DNA of 62,120 bases, taken from the NCBI GenBank assembly GCA_947589555.1, contig CANQAZ010000001.1, forward strand, positions 1-62,120, read 5' to 3'. A model generated the notes under the pieces. It did no database searches. It was not told the origin of the DNA and was given only the letters and a program-made list of their open reading frames with translations. Below are positions 50,072-58,095 of the stretch, in pieces (the stretch's first letter is position 1; every line of letters begins with the position of its first letter). The stretch is from an uncultured Clostridia bacterium. Lineage in GTDB: Bacteria; Bacillota; Clostridia; Christensenellales; Borkfalkiaceae. The position numbers were made by a program, and so were the translations under genes.

Positions 50072-51770
50072 AGAGCCCACCGATAAGCGCGAAAAGCGCC
50101 TCTTCGCTCACGCCGAAGCGCTTGGCGAGCGATTTGGGCTGTCCGTGCGGGATGAATTCGTCGCGGTAGCCGAGCGAATAGACCTCTTTCCCGCTGTTGC
50201 GGTAAAACCGCGCGACGGCGTCCCCCAGTCCACCGATGAGGGCATTGTCCTCCACCGTGATGACGTACTTTTGCGGAAGTCCGCCAAGAAGCGCCTCGTC
50301 GAGCGGTTTCAAAAAACGGGCGTTGACGATGCCGACGTCCTTCCCGCTCCCGCGCAGTGCAGTGCGCACTCTTTCGGCGATGCAGATGCAACGCTCCCCC
50401 GCCGCAATGATCATTATGTCAGACGTAGTACTATGTAAAATTTCCATTTTTCCGATTTCAAGGGGCGAAATCGGGCCATCCAACCCTGCGCGGGGGTATC
50501 GGATGGCGAGCGGGCCGTCAAACGAGGCCCCTGCGCGGAGAATGGCGCGGAATTCCCCCACATTCTTCGGAATGGCAACGGTGAGGTTCGGGATAAAGGA
50601 AAGATAGGAAAGATCGAATATGCCCTGGTGCGTTTGGCCGTCCGGGCCCGCGATGCCCGCCCGGTCCACGCAAAACGTAACGGGCAAATTCTGCGCGCAG
50701 ACGTCGTGGATGATTTCATCGAAGGCGCGCTGTAAAAAAGTGGAATAAATGGCGTAGTACGGGCGCATGCCCTGCGTCGCCATTCCCGCGCAGAGTACGG
50801 AAGCGTGCTCCTCGCAGATGCCGACGTCGAAGGCGCGGCGCGGGAAGCGGCGGAAAAACTCGCGCAGACCCAAACTGTCCGTCATCGCCGCAGTGACGGC
50901 GACGATGCGCGGGTCGCGCTCCGCAAGGGCGCACAATTCCTCGCCGAGGGCCGCGGAATACTCGCGCTCCCCCTCTCCCGACTTGGGGCCCACGCCGTGC
51001 GTTGCCTCTGGCTCGCTCTCGCAGAAGGGATAGCCCTGCCCCTTTTTCGTGACGACGTGCAATAACACGCAAGAATCGCGGAGCGCCTTTTTGGCCTCTT
51101 CGAGCGCGGGAAGGAGTTCGGAAAGGTCATTTCCGTTGTAAACGCCCATGTATTTGAGCCCGTATTGCTCAAAAAGGGCGATATTTTCGGGACGCATGCC
51201 CGTTTTGAGTTCGCTCAGCACGTCGTGCGTGCCGCCGACGGTGGGAGAAATAGACAGGCCGTTGTCGTTCACGACGATGAGGATGCGCGTGTTCAGAATG
51301 TGCAGACTGTTGAGCGCCTCGAAAATAAGCCCGTTGTTGAACGAACCGTCGCCGATGAGCGCGATGACTTCGAAGGTTTCGCCCTTCAAATCGCGCGCCG
51401 CGGCAATGCCGAGCGCCGCGGAGACCGAAGTGCCCGCGTGGCCCGTATCATAGCAATCGTAATCGCTCTCCTCCCGCTTAGGAAAGCCCGAGAGCCCCCC
51501 CTCCTGCCGCAAGGTGCGGAATCGGTCGGCCCGCCCCGAAAGCAATTTGTGGGTGTAGCACTGATGGCCCACGTCGAAAACGATCTTGTCGCGGGGAAAA
51601 TCGAAAACTTTGTGAAGCGCAACCGTCAATTCCACCGTACCGAGATTGGACGAAAGATGCCCGCCGCAGACGGAAACGGTATCGAATATTTCCGTGCGGA
51701 GTTCCTCGCAGATGTGATTCAGTTGGGGTACGGAGGCCGATTTGAGTTCGGCGTCGGAAATGTTTCTCAT
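50058..51770 (-). CDS. dxs: 1-deoxy-D-xylulose-5-phosphate synthase
   Basis: MRNISDAELKS...GGHLSSNLGTVELTVALH...DVGHQCYTHKLLSGR...GDGSFNNG (TPP motif). Start is the ATG at 51770. Confidence 0.95.
   Translation of the reverse strand: MRNISDAELKSASVPQLNHICEELRTEIFDTVSVCGGHLSSNLGTVELTVALHKVFDFPRDKIVFDVGHQCYTHKLLSGRADRFRTLRQEGGLSGFPKREESDYDCYDTGHAGTSVSAALGIAAARDLKGETFEVIALIGDGSFNNGLIFEALNSLHILNTRILIVVNDNGLSISPTVGGTHDVLSELKTGMRPENIALFEQYGLKYMGVYNGNDLSELLPALEEAKKALRDSCVLLHVVTKKGQGYPFCESEPEATHGVGPKSGEGEREYSAALGEELCALAERDPRIVAVTAAMTDSLGLREFFRRFPRRAFDVGICEEHASVLCAGMATQGMRPYYAIYSTFLQRAFDEIIHDVCAQNLPVTFCVDRAGIAGPDGQTHQGIFDLSYLSFIPNLTVAIPKNVGEFRAILRAGASFDGPLAIRYPRAGLDGPISPLEIGKMEILHSTTSDIMIIAAGERCICIAERVRTALRGSGKDVGIVNARFLKPLDEALLGGLPQKYVITVEDNALIGGLGDAVARFYRNSGKEVYSLGYRDEFIPHGQPKSLAKRFGVSEEALFALIGGLYARG
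50413..50440 (-). repeat. Motif copy O5 (minus strand, inside dxs): TTTTACATAGTACTACGTCTGACATAAT
   Basis: 4 mismatches to the 23-nt O1 core. It encodes ILHSTTSDIM of Dxs. Confidence 0.8.
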
Positions 51771-51807
51771 GGCAAAAGCGGCCGTTTTGGCCGAAATTTT
51801 CTTATTT

Positions 51808-52680
51808 TTACCGTTCGCGGCCGCGCACCGCGGCAACGAGTTTGCGCAAAAACTGCGTTTTTTCTCCGAAACCCGCAAGGGCGCGCTCTGCCTCCGCGGC
51901 CTTTTCGTCCGCAAGACGTTCCGCCCCCTCGCGTCCATATACCTTAATATATGTGAGTTTTTGCTCCGCGCTGTCCTTTCCGGGCGTTTTTCCGAGCCGC
52001 CCCTCGTCGCCCTTTACGTCGAGGAGGTCGTCGGTGATCTGGAAGAGGGCGCCGAGCGCGTTTCCGTACGTCCGCGCGCACGTCCGATCCCGCCCCGCAA
52101 GGAGGGCCGCCATTTCCACGGGAGCCGCGATGAGCCGCGCCGTTTTCCGCTCCACGACAAAGGCGAGTTCCTCCTCCCCTGCCTCCTTCCCTTCGTAAAA
52201 GAGGTCGGCCGACTGGCCGGAGACCATACCTTCCGCCCCTGCGGCAAAGGAGAGCGCGCGGGCCGCTTGCAGATGGGCTTCATCCCTGCCGCACTCCGCA
52301 AGGGCCAAATCGAATGCAAGGGACAGCAAGGCGTCGCCCGCGAGCAAAGCGTTTCCCGTGCCGAATTTTTTATGGTTGGAGGGCTTGCCGCGGCGGAGAT
52401 CGTCGTTGTCCATCTCGGGCAAGTCGTCGTGGATGAGCGAGTAGGTATGGATACATTCAAGGGCGAGCGCCAGTCCCCTTTCTGTCTCGTAAGGCATGCC
52501 GAAGGCGTCCAGCGTTGCAAAAAAGAGCACGGGGCGGATGCGTTTTCCGCCTGCAAGCAGGGAATAGCGCATGCCGTCGGCCAAAACCGCGGGGCGGAAG
52601 CGCATATTTGCGCAAAATTCGCCGAGCATACGCTCAAAAGCGTCCGAATAGAGGCGGTATTGTGCCGAAAAATCCTTCAT
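51808..52680 (-). CDS. ispA: Polyprenyl (farnesyl/geranylgeranyl) diphosphate synthase
   Basis: MKDFSAQY..., the first DDxxD motif (LIHDDLPEMDNDDLRRGK) and the second (FQITDDLLD). Start is the ATG at 52680, overlapping the folD stop. Confidence 0.9.
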   Translation of the reverse strand: MKDFSAQYRLYSDAFERMLGEFCANMRFRPAVLADGMRYSLLAGGKRIRPVLFFATLDAFGMPYETERGLALALECIHTYSLIHDDLPEMDNDDLRRGKPSNHKKFGTGNALLAGDALLSLAFDLALAECGRDEAHLQAARALSFAAGAEGMVSGQSADLFYEGKEAGEEELAFVVERKTARLIAAPVEMAALLAGRDRTCARTYGNALGALFQITDDLLDVKGDEGRLGKTPGKDSAEQKLTYIKVYGREGAERLADEKAAEAERALAGFGEKTQFLRKLVAAVRGRER

Positions 52681-53525
52681 TTCAGGGTACGCTCCGCCGC
52701 GGCGACGGTATTTTTGAGCAACATGGCGATCGTCATGGGTCCGACCCCGCCCGGTACGGGAGTCAAATAGGAGGCGACCCCGGACACGGCCTCGAAATCG
52801 ACGTCGCCGCACAATTTACCCTCTTCGTCGCGGCTCGTGCCGACGTCGATGACGACGGCCCCCTCCTTTACCATATCCGCCGTGATGAACTTTGGCTTCC
52901 CGACGGCGGCGATGAGGATATCCGCTTCCTTGCAGATCTCTTTGAGTCCCACCGTTTTGGAATGGCAGACGGTGACGGTCGCATCGGCATTCAAAAGGAG
53001 CATCGCCATCGGCTTGCCCACGATGTTGCTCCTGCCCACCACGACGGCATGCCTTCCCGCCGTCGGAATGCGGTAGCGGTGCAGAAGTTCCATCACGCCG
53101 AGGGGGGTACAGGCGACCGTGCCGCCCTCGTTTTTGGCAAGTTTTCCGATGTTTTCGGCCGAAAAACCGTCCACATCCTTCTCGGCGGGGATGGCGGCGA
53201 GCAGGGCCGCGGCGTCGAGCCCGCGCGGAAGAGGGAGTTGGACGAGGATGCCGTGCACATCGCCGTCGGCGGCGAGTTTGCAAATGAGCGCAAGCGCCTC
53301 CTCCTGCGAAACGTCCGCCGGAAGATAGTGTGCAAACGAGCGGAGGCCCGCCTCCTCGCACGCCTTGATTTTATTTCTTACGTAAATTTGAGAAGCGGGA
53401 TTGTTGCCGATGAGCACAACGGCAAGTCCCGCTTTCTTTCCGCTTTTTTGTTCAAACGCCGCGGCGCGCACGGCGAGTTCCGCACGGATGGCCGCGGCCG
53501 TCCCCTTTCCGTCTATGAGCGTCAT
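52677..53525 (-). CDS. folD: Bifunctional methylenetetrahydrofolate dehydrogenase / methenyltetrahydrofolate cyclohydrolase
   Basis: MTLIDGKGTAAAIRAEL...ASQIYVRNKIKACEEAG...VVGRSNIVGKPMAMLL...PGGVGPMTIAML. Confidence 0.95.
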   Translation of the reverse strand: MTLIDGKGTAAAIRAELAVRAAAFEQKSGKKAGLAVVLIGNNPASQIYVRNKIKACEEAGLRSFAHYLPADVSQEEALALICKLAADGDVHGILVQLPLPRGLDAAALLAAIPAEKDVDGFSAENIGKLAKNEGGTVACTPLGVMELLHRYRIPTAGRHAVVVGRSNIVGKPMAMLLLNADATVTVCHSKTVGLKEICKEADILIAAVGKPKFITADMVKEGAVVIDVGTSRDEEGKLCGDVDFEAVSGVASYLTPVPGGVGPMTIAMLLKNTVAAAERTLK

Positions 53526-53914
53526 TGGCCGATCGCCCCCGCAAGCACGCCGTTTACGAAGTCGGCGGATTTTTCGGTAGAGTATTTTCTCGCCAGAGCC
53601 ACCGCTTCGTTTACCGAAACGACGGACGGAATATCGTCGAAATAATGGATTTCGGCGAGCGCAATATAGAGCGCCGCACGGTCGGCGGGGAAGATGCGGG
53701 ATTCCGCAAATCCGCGCACTTTTCGGGCGAGAAGCGCGGAAAATTCTTCGCTGTGCTCCGTGACGGTAGCGTACAGCCGTTCGGCGTAGGCGCGGTCCTC
53801 TTCGTTGAGTTTATCCGCGCGATACAGAGCCTTGCGGAAAGCCTCCGTGCAGTCCTCGTGAAATTGTCTGGCAAAGACGATCTTATACACCGTCTCCCTT
53901 GCCTGTGTTCTCAT
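53522..53914 (-). CDS. nusB: Transcription antitermination factor NusB
   Basis: 130 aa with MRTQARETVYKIVF...PSVVSVNEAVALARKYSTEKSADFVNGVL. Confidence 0.92.
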   Translation of the reverse strand: MRTQARETVYKIVFARQFHEDCTEAFRKALYRADKLNEEDRAYAERLYATVTEHSEEFSALLARKVRGFAESRIFPADRAALYIALAEIHYFDDIPSVVSVNEAVALARKYSTEKSADFVNGVLAGAIGQ

Positions 53915-53969
53915 CTGTCACCTATACGAGACGGTTTCCCTCTCCGCACGGAAAGGGAAACCGAGGGTT

Positions 53970-54401
53970 TTATTTTCTGTCGTCCTTCTTCTCGTCCTCA
54001 TGCGGCGCGCCCTCCGAAGGAGCCGCCGGATCGGCGCTTGCCGCCATATCCGCACCCGCGGAAGTGTCCGTTTCAGGCTGGGATGCGGGGAACACCACGC
54101 TCTGCACGTGTACATCCACTTTGGCGATCTTATATTTTGTCATCGATTCCACCATCTGTTTGATGGTCTGTTGGATGCGGAATGCGAGTTCGGGCACATT
54201 ATAGCCGTAGTGCGCGATGACGGAGATATCGACAAAGACCCCTTCCTTTTCGAAACAAAGTTTGATGCCCTTGCCTTTGGAAGGGACCAACTCGATCCCC
54301 TCCGTCTCCTGCAAACTGAGCGCAACGATCCCGCTTACGATATCCGAATTATACGTGATCCTACCCTTCTGCCCGTTCGGATTGTATTTAATGCTTGCCA
54401 T
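53970..54401 (-). CDS. Asp23/Gls24 family envelope stress protein
   Basis: ITYNSDIVSGIVALSLQETEGI...VIAHYGYNVPELAFRIQQTIKQMVESMT, with an acidic C-terminal tail. Confidence 0.88.
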   Translation of the reverse strand: MASIKYNPNGQKGRITYNSDIVSGIVALSLQETEGIELVPSKGKGIKLCFEKEGVFVDISVIAHYGYNVPELAFRIQQTIKQMVESMTKYKIAKVDVHVQSVVFPASQPETDTSAGADMAASADPAAPSEGAPHEDEKKDDRK

Positions 54402-54464
54402 AGTGTTCTCCTTTTATCAAGAAACATTATAGCACATCTTTTCCGAATTTACTACTGTTTTTTC

Positions 54465-54950
54465 TCAACTTTCCGCATAAACCGGCATAATTACGACGTC
54501 GCCGTTGCTGATTTGGTACTCATATTCGAGCGCGTAGAAAATTCTGGTGAGATCGTCCTCGTTGAGTTCGCTCGCGTTGACGAATACGTTGATATGGTCA
54601 TTCTCGGTCAGGGTAACCGCCGCATCCGAAAAACCGAGCCCCTTGATGATGGATTCCATCACGAGTTCGTCCTCCATGAGTTGGACGAGTTCCATCTTTC
54701 TCGCATAGGCCGCGGCGTACTCGTCGGAGCCCTCCACACTGCTCGCGATGATGGCGTCGAGTTCCACAAACTCCTCGCTCCGCGTGCTGTTGCGGATATC
54801 GCGGTAGGACGTGAAGTAGTTGACGGGGGTAGCCGTGGCGCCGTCGACCGTCTGCGTCTTTGTGCCGGCAAGGATGAAGTTGAAGATGGCCGTGACGGCA
54901 AGCAGAAGAACGAGGGTAGACATGAGTGCGATTTTCTTGGTGTTTGACAT
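54465..54950 (-). CDS. spoIIIAH: Stage III sporulation protein AH
   Basis: N-terminal TM segment. The C-terminal region (IKGLGFSDAAVTLTENDHINVFVNASEL) is typical of SpoIIIAH, and the gene occupies the last position of the spoIIIA operon. Confidence 0.8.
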   Translation of the reverse strand: MSNTKKIALMSTLVLLLAVTAIFNFILAGTKTQTVDGATATPVNYFTSYRDIRNSTRSEEFVELDAIIASSVEGSDEYAAAYARKMELVQLMEDELVMESIIKGLGFSDAAVTLTENDHINVFVNASELNEDDLTRIFYALEYEYQISNGDVVIMPVYAES

Positions 54951-54978
54951 GGTTTTATCTCCTTCTCATTAAATTTTC

Positions 54979-55344
54979 TCAATTATCGGCGGGATAGACG
55001 AGGACGTTCCGCCGTTCGATTTGGAGCGCATTCGCCGTGGCGTCGATGACGCGGGAGCGGGTGACGAGCCCGAGATCCCCTCTGACGATGACGACCGCGC
55101 TCTTTGCCGCACCGTCCTCTTCCCCGATCATGACCGTCGCGCTCTCCACCCCTTCGATCTCCCCGAGAAGGCGGGCGAGCCGCTCTTCGGTCGCCGTCGG
55201 CTCGTAGGCGGTCGCGGCGTCGTCGCTCTTTTGCGGAAAAAACACCTTCCACACGGCAAGGAGCAACAAAAAGGCGAGCAAACACACGGAAACGACCCGA
55301 AAAACTCTGTTTTGAAACAGTTTTTTGATGCGCTCCGTGTTCAT
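54979..55344 (-). CDS. spoIIIAG: Stage III sporulation protein AG (short form, 121 aa)
   Basis: N-terminal TM segment. LGEIEGVESATVMIGEEDGAAKSAVVIVRGD...VIDATANALQIERRNVLV resembles the C-terminal ring-building motif region of SpoIIIAG. Its operon position fits. Confidence 0.7.
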   Translation of the reverse strand: MNTERIKKLFQNRVFRVVSVCLLAFLLLLAVWKVFFPQKSDDAATAYEPTATEERLARLLGEIEGVESATVMIGEEDGAAKSAVVIVRGDLGLVTRSRVIDATANALQIERRNVLVYPADN

Positions 55345-55805
55345 GACACCTCCACGTTGCCTCCGTATTTTCCGCTGAGGTATGCTTGGACGCGGTCTGT
55401 AATATCTTTATGCTCGCCTTGTCCCGATATGCCGAAATCGGAAATTTTTACGGAAATTTTTTCTCTCGCGAAGGTGGCGTCGGGCGCGCGGACCACCTCC
55501 ACCGCCGCGGCGACCCCGAATTCTTCCATGAGAGCCGTTGCGATCTCCTCTTCGTCGGCCCGCTCCATCAGTTCCGCGCATTGCATGAAATAGGCGGGAT
55601 CTTCCTTTATTTCCCCGCCGTTCCCCCCTTCTACCGAAATTTTTCCGCCCCGGAAAAAACTCACAAAGGGCGCGACGAGCACGACGAGGAGAAAGAGTTT
55701 CATCGCGCCCTTCACGAATTTGCCCATCTTTCCGCCCGGCGCTATCATGGTGACGACGGCGGAAATCAGTACGGCGCCCACAATGCTCAATATATAGGTC
55801 TGCAT
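55341..55805 (-). CDS. spoIIIAF: Stage III sporulation protein AF
   Basis: MQTYILSIVGAVLISAVVTMIAPGGKMGKFVKGAMKLFLLVVLVAPFV has two TM segments followed by a soluble domain. Its position between AE and AG fits. Start is the ATG at 55805. Confidence 0.7.
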   Translation of the reverse strand: MQTYILSIVGAVLISAVVTMIAPGGKMGKFVKGAMKLFLLVVLVAPFVSFFRGGKISVEGGNGGEIKEDPAYFMQCAELMERADEEEIATALMEEFGVAAAVEVVRAPDATFAREKISVKISDFGISGQGEHKDITDRVQAYLSGKYGGNVEVS

Positions 55806-57034
55806 CAGAAGAAAACCCCCGTGGAACAGATGAGAAGGAGCAACGTCAGAAAATAGAGAAAAGCGATGCACAAAATTCCCGCCAAAAAATAGCCGCTGTC
55901 CTTTGCAAGGCGGGATAAAAACCCCGGGATCTTCCCCCCGACGGGCTCGGTGGCCGCCGCGGAGAGCCGCAAAAAGAGTTGAAAGGCCGCCATCAGGAGC
56001 ACGGGCCGCAGGACGGCGGCAAAGAGAAGAAAGACGGCGAAGGAGCCGAGCGCATTTTTGATGAGCGCGCTCCCTGCGACGACAAGTTCCACCCCGCCAG
56101 ACAAAAATCCGCCCACGAGAGGTACCGATCCCGAAATTACATACTTTGCGGCGCGGAGCGAAAGCCCGTCGTACTGCGCCGAAGCGATCCCTTGCACGGT
56201 GAGAAAAAGACTCATGAGGGCAAGCGTCAGGCCGATGAGCCATTTGCCGACGCTCTTGAAGAGTTCGCCGAGCCGCTCCGTGCGCACATCGTCGGTCAGA
56301 TTTCCGACAAATGCGAGCAATATGACGACGACGGCCGACGGCAGAACGACGGAAGTAAAAAGGCGGGTGACCGTACTGCTGAAAAAGGCGACCGCAGGGC
56401 GGAATACTCCCGCGGAGACCGCCCCGCCGCTCGCCGCCATGAGGGTCATCAAAATCGGATAAACTATTTCCATCTGCCGTTGCATGGCGTCCATCGCCCG
56501 AAATCCGCTCTCCAAAACTCCGATGAGACATGCAAGCACCGTCGCCCCCACCGAAATATAGCCGACAAAGTGGATTATGTCTGACATAGTACTATCTATA
56601 AAGCCACTTTTCGCAGAGTTTAGGATCCCGCAGAGCAAAGCGACGGCCAAAATGATGGCAAATGCCGGGATCATCGCCTTTCCGTCCTCCCAAACGAGGG
56701 CAAGAACGGCTTCGGTCAGAGAGCCGTATTCGAGCGAGGCGTCTCCCGTGATCAATTTTTTCAATTGGTCTTTGACGCTCGTCCCGCGGAATTCGGAAAG
56801 GGAATTGAGATAGTTTTGCAGTTCCTCCGTATCGAGCCCCTGCAATAATTCGTCGATGTTGTTTTCGAGTTCCTTCATCGCGCCGTTTTCTTCCGCAAGC
56901 GGAGCGGTCGGTACGGCATTCGCGCACAACAGCAAAACGAGCGCAAATAGTCCCGCAAGAAGGCAGATTGCCCTCTTTATTTTGTTTTTTCGGGGCACAA
57001 TGGGCCTGCGCCCGTAGACGAGTCGCGCGTTCAT
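55805..57034 (-). CDS. spoIIIAE: Stage III sporulation protein AE
   Basis: Signal/TM segment followed by a polytopic membrane protein (LMTLMAASGGAVSAGVFRPAV...). ATGA overlap with spoIIIAD. Start is the ATG at 57034. Confidence 0.85.
   Translation of the reverse strand: MNARLVYGRRPIVPRKNKIKRAICLLAGLFALVLLLCANAVPTAPLAEENGAMKELENNIDELLQGLDTEELQNYLNSLSEFRGTSVKDQLKKLITGDASLEYGSLTEAVLALVWEDGKAMIPAFAIILAVALLCGILNSAKSGFIDSTMSDIIHFVGYISVGATVLACLIGVLESGFRAMDAMQRQMEIVYPILMTLMAASGGAVSAGVFRPAVAFFSSTVTRLFTSVVLPSAVVVILLAFVGNLTDDVRTERLGELFKSVGKWLIGLTLALMSLFLTVQGIASAQYDGLSLRAAKYVISGSVPLVGGFLSGGVELVVAGSALIKNALGSFAVFLLFAAVLRPVLLMAAFQLFLRLSAAATEPVGGKIPGFLSRLAKDSGYFLAGILCIAFLYFLTLLLLICSTGVFF
56574..56601 (-). 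repeat. Motif copy O6 (minus strand, inside spoIIIAE): TTATAGATAGTACTATGTCAGACATAAT
   Basis: 5 mismatches to the 23-nt O1 core. It encodes FIDSTMSDII of SpoIIIAE and contains the palindrome ATAGTACTAT. Confidence 0.75.
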
Positions 57035-57423
57035 ACCAATTTCAAAAGTTGCATGATGAGTGATAGGACGCTCCGCAAAATGGGGACCGCGAGCACGAGT
57101 ATGACGACTTTCCCGCAAAAAATGAGTTTGTCCGCCGTGGAATTTTGCCCGAAATCGTTCAAAATGCCCGCGCTGAATTCCACAAGATAGCCGATCCCGA
57201 CCATTTTCAAGAGGATTTTGACGAGGGAGGAATCGATGCCCGTGATGTCGGCGATCTCACCGAAGATCGAAAGGTTGTCCCGCAGGACCTCGAACACGAA
57301 GAGAAGCAAAATAATGCCTCCCGCCACGGTGACGGCGAAGGCAAGTTCGGGTTTTGTTCCCTTCAAAAGGAGAGCGGCGACGGCGGTCAGGAAAGCGATC
57401 CCGACAAGTTGAAAAATTTCCAT
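57031..57423 (-). CDS. spoIIIAD: Stage III sporulation protein AD
   Basis: MEIFQLVGIAFLTAVAALLLKGTKPELAFAVTVAGGIILLLF...LKMVGIGYLVEFSAGILNDFG is a typical SpoIIIAD sequence. Confidence 0.9.
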   Translation of the reverse strand: MEIFQLVGIAFLTAVAALLLKGTKPELAFAVTVAGGIILLLFVFEVLRDNLSIFGEIADITGIDSSLVKILLKMVGIGYLVEFSAGILNDFGQNSTADKLIFCGKVVILVLAVPILRSVLSLIMQLLKLV

Positions 57424-57425
57424 CG

Positions 57426-57623
57426 TTAGTAGACCCCGAAAATCTCTTGGATCGTTGCAAACAAATCGCCGATCATCGTAACGGCAACGGTGAGTGCGAT
57501 CACCAGCCCTACGATGGTGACTACGGTGGAGATATCTTCGCGGTCCGATTTTTTCAGAATCTGGCAGACGATGGTGATGATGATGCCGATGGCGGCGAGT
57601 TTGAAGATGATGGAAATATCCAT
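57426..57623 (-). CDS. spoIIIAC: Stage III sporulation protein AC
   Basis: MDISIIFKLAAIGIIITIVCQILKKSDREDISTVVTIVGLVIALTVAVTMIGDLF, 65 aa. Start is the ATG at 57623. Confidence 0.9.
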   Translation of the reverse strand: MDISIIFKLAAIGIIITIVCQILKKSDREDISTVVTIVGLVIALTVAVTMIGDLFATIQEIFGVY

Positions 57624-57624
57624 A

Positions 57625-58095
57625 TTACAGAATGAGGATGACGGCGGCAAGCCCCGCCAAAACGCCGAGTTTCAAATAGAGCGCCCCGCGCGATTTCGCT
57701 TCCTTCTCGCTCGAAGCCCGTTTTTCTTCCAATCCCGCCTTTTTTGACGTAAAAAAACTTTTCTGCGAAAAACTGTCCCCTTTGCCGAGCATGCCGAAAT
57801 AATCGGCGCACTCCGCCCTCTCCTCCTGCGTCAGATAGGAATAAGAAATTTTTGCGTCCCTTTTTTCGGCAAACGATTTCAAAGATTTCGCAAAATCCCC
57901 TGTGTATTCGTGCTCTTTCAGAAAAGCGGCGAGCGGTTTGCGCGCATAATTCAACTCATTGAGGTATCTTTCGTTAAAATTGCAGAGTTGAACGTAAAAT
58001 TTCTTGCGCGCGCGGTATTTATTGGCGGCAAAGTATCCGCCTGCCGTCCCTGCGGCCACCACCGCGGCCGCAACGAGAATTTTAAGCCACAACAT
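57625..58095 (-). CDS. spoIIIAB: Stage III sporulation protein AB
   Basis: MLWLKILVAAAVVAAGTAGGYFAANKY...FGMLGKGD...LGVLAGLAAVILIL. Start is the ATG at 58095, overlapping the spoIIIAA 3' end. Confidence 0.85.
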   Translation of the reverse strand: MLWLKILVAAAVVAAGTAGGYFAANKYRARKKFYVQLCNFNERYLNELNYARKPLAAFLKEHEYTGDFAKSLKSFAEKRDAKISYSYLTQEERAECADYFGMLGKGDSFSQKSFFTSKKAGLEEKRASSEKEAKSRGALYLKLGVLAGLAAVILIL

